From Phoronis australis (taxonomy: Eukaryota > Animalia > Phoronida), in assembly GCA_002633005.1 (NCBI GenBank), contig NMRA01000183.1:307464-371463 (forward strand): 64,000 nucleotides of DNA. Reading direction: 5' to 3'. The translations under genes were made by a program, and so were the position numbers. The notes beneath the pieces were generated by a model, which had not been told where the DNA came from, did not search any database, and saw only the letters and a program-made list of their open reading frames with translations. This document shows positions 63,033-64,000 of this stretch, piece by piece (positions within the stretch are counted from its first letter, which is position 1; each line of letters opens with the position of its first letter).

Positions 63033-64000
63033 CTAAAATGAGAATGTGTACCAAAAGAGTTTCGATGTCCCAAGCCCTGATCAGAGCTTTGCATTAGATG
63101 TACGTCCCTTTATAATTGACTGTGTAAAACATCTGATTATTAAGCACGATTTCAAGAAATTTCTGTTACTAGCACTGTCCATCTCATTGGTTACATTGGA
63201 TACATTGGATCAAAACACCACTACAATTAACCAAAGAACACCGAGGAACCTGTTAAGAGGCAGTCCATTTAAAAACCAGTAGATTTTCAAAAATCAGTCT
63301 ATACGTCAAAATTTAAAACAACTTCATTTTTTGTACATGGGTAGGTATCCTAACAAAAACCCAAATGCCAAATTTTGTGCACTCAATGACCCCTAATATC
63401 GCCGCTGGAGCATGATAATACAAATTGGCGCAATTGGGCATATTAGCCGTCTCAAAAATTGCATGTTTTCAGCAACAAAAATGAGTAACACACAAAATAG
63501 ACCAAAAGCTATATTTTGGTGGCTGAAATAACCAACGTATGCTGTGCATAATTCTGTGTCATTTATTAAAATCTAACAGATTTGGGCAAGACAGGGGAGA
63601 TAATCCACAGACCACTTTTTGGGGCTAATTTTAGTGGCCATTTTTGTGACCTTCTTACTGCCATAAAACACCTTGTAGACTTATGTGACGTTTTGAACAT
63701 AAAGTTAAAGAGTTAGTCTTGATGACTAAGCAATAAGAAATCTTGCCTCAACTTTGCACTTAAGTGAAAATTGTCTTGCAAAACTGTCTATTTTCATAGT
63801 TTGGAAATGACGAGCAGAGTTTACAGACCGGCCATTTGAACAAACATTTAGGCAAGAAGTCTGCTTTAAATAGTTATAGAAACCAAGCCTAAACTCTTTC
63901 AAATGAAAACAAGATGTTTTCGGGTTTATTACGCGGCTAGTATCAAAACTGAACCCGATGACCTTTGCCCACTGAGGGATTCAGTTGAGGTTAAGCATGA

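Overview
This is invertebrate (probably lophotrochozoan) eukaryotic genomic DNA: AT-rich, intron-containing, TE-dense, with two N-gaps. (1) + strand 582-4914: three coding exons forming the 3' part of a divergent carnosine-synthase-like ATP-grasp ligase; its last intron holds a decayed long-TIR (AcademX-like) transposon. (2) - strand: two tandem paralogous genes. Each is built from symmetric phase-1 exons (mostly 123 nt) encoding a 6-Cys EGF-like 'PCxxGGxxC' module, plus Ca-binding EGF exons and a terminal variant chitin-binding (ChtBD2/CBM14-like) exon. Gene B spans 47158-12224 (23 exons found, possible start exon near 52.7 kb). The 3' end of gene A spans 63032-58837. (3) Mobile elements: a Penelope-like element with tRNA-like and hammerhead-like 3' motifs, a 5'-truncated HERO-like RLE LINE whose 3' UTR carries a hammerhead core in a non-canonical order, a complete Gypsy element with identical LTRs but broken ORFs, Kolobok derivatives (THAP, KolX), MITEs, a SINE, a LINE relic and minisatellites. 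All calls come from manual reading and recalled family motifs; no searches were run.
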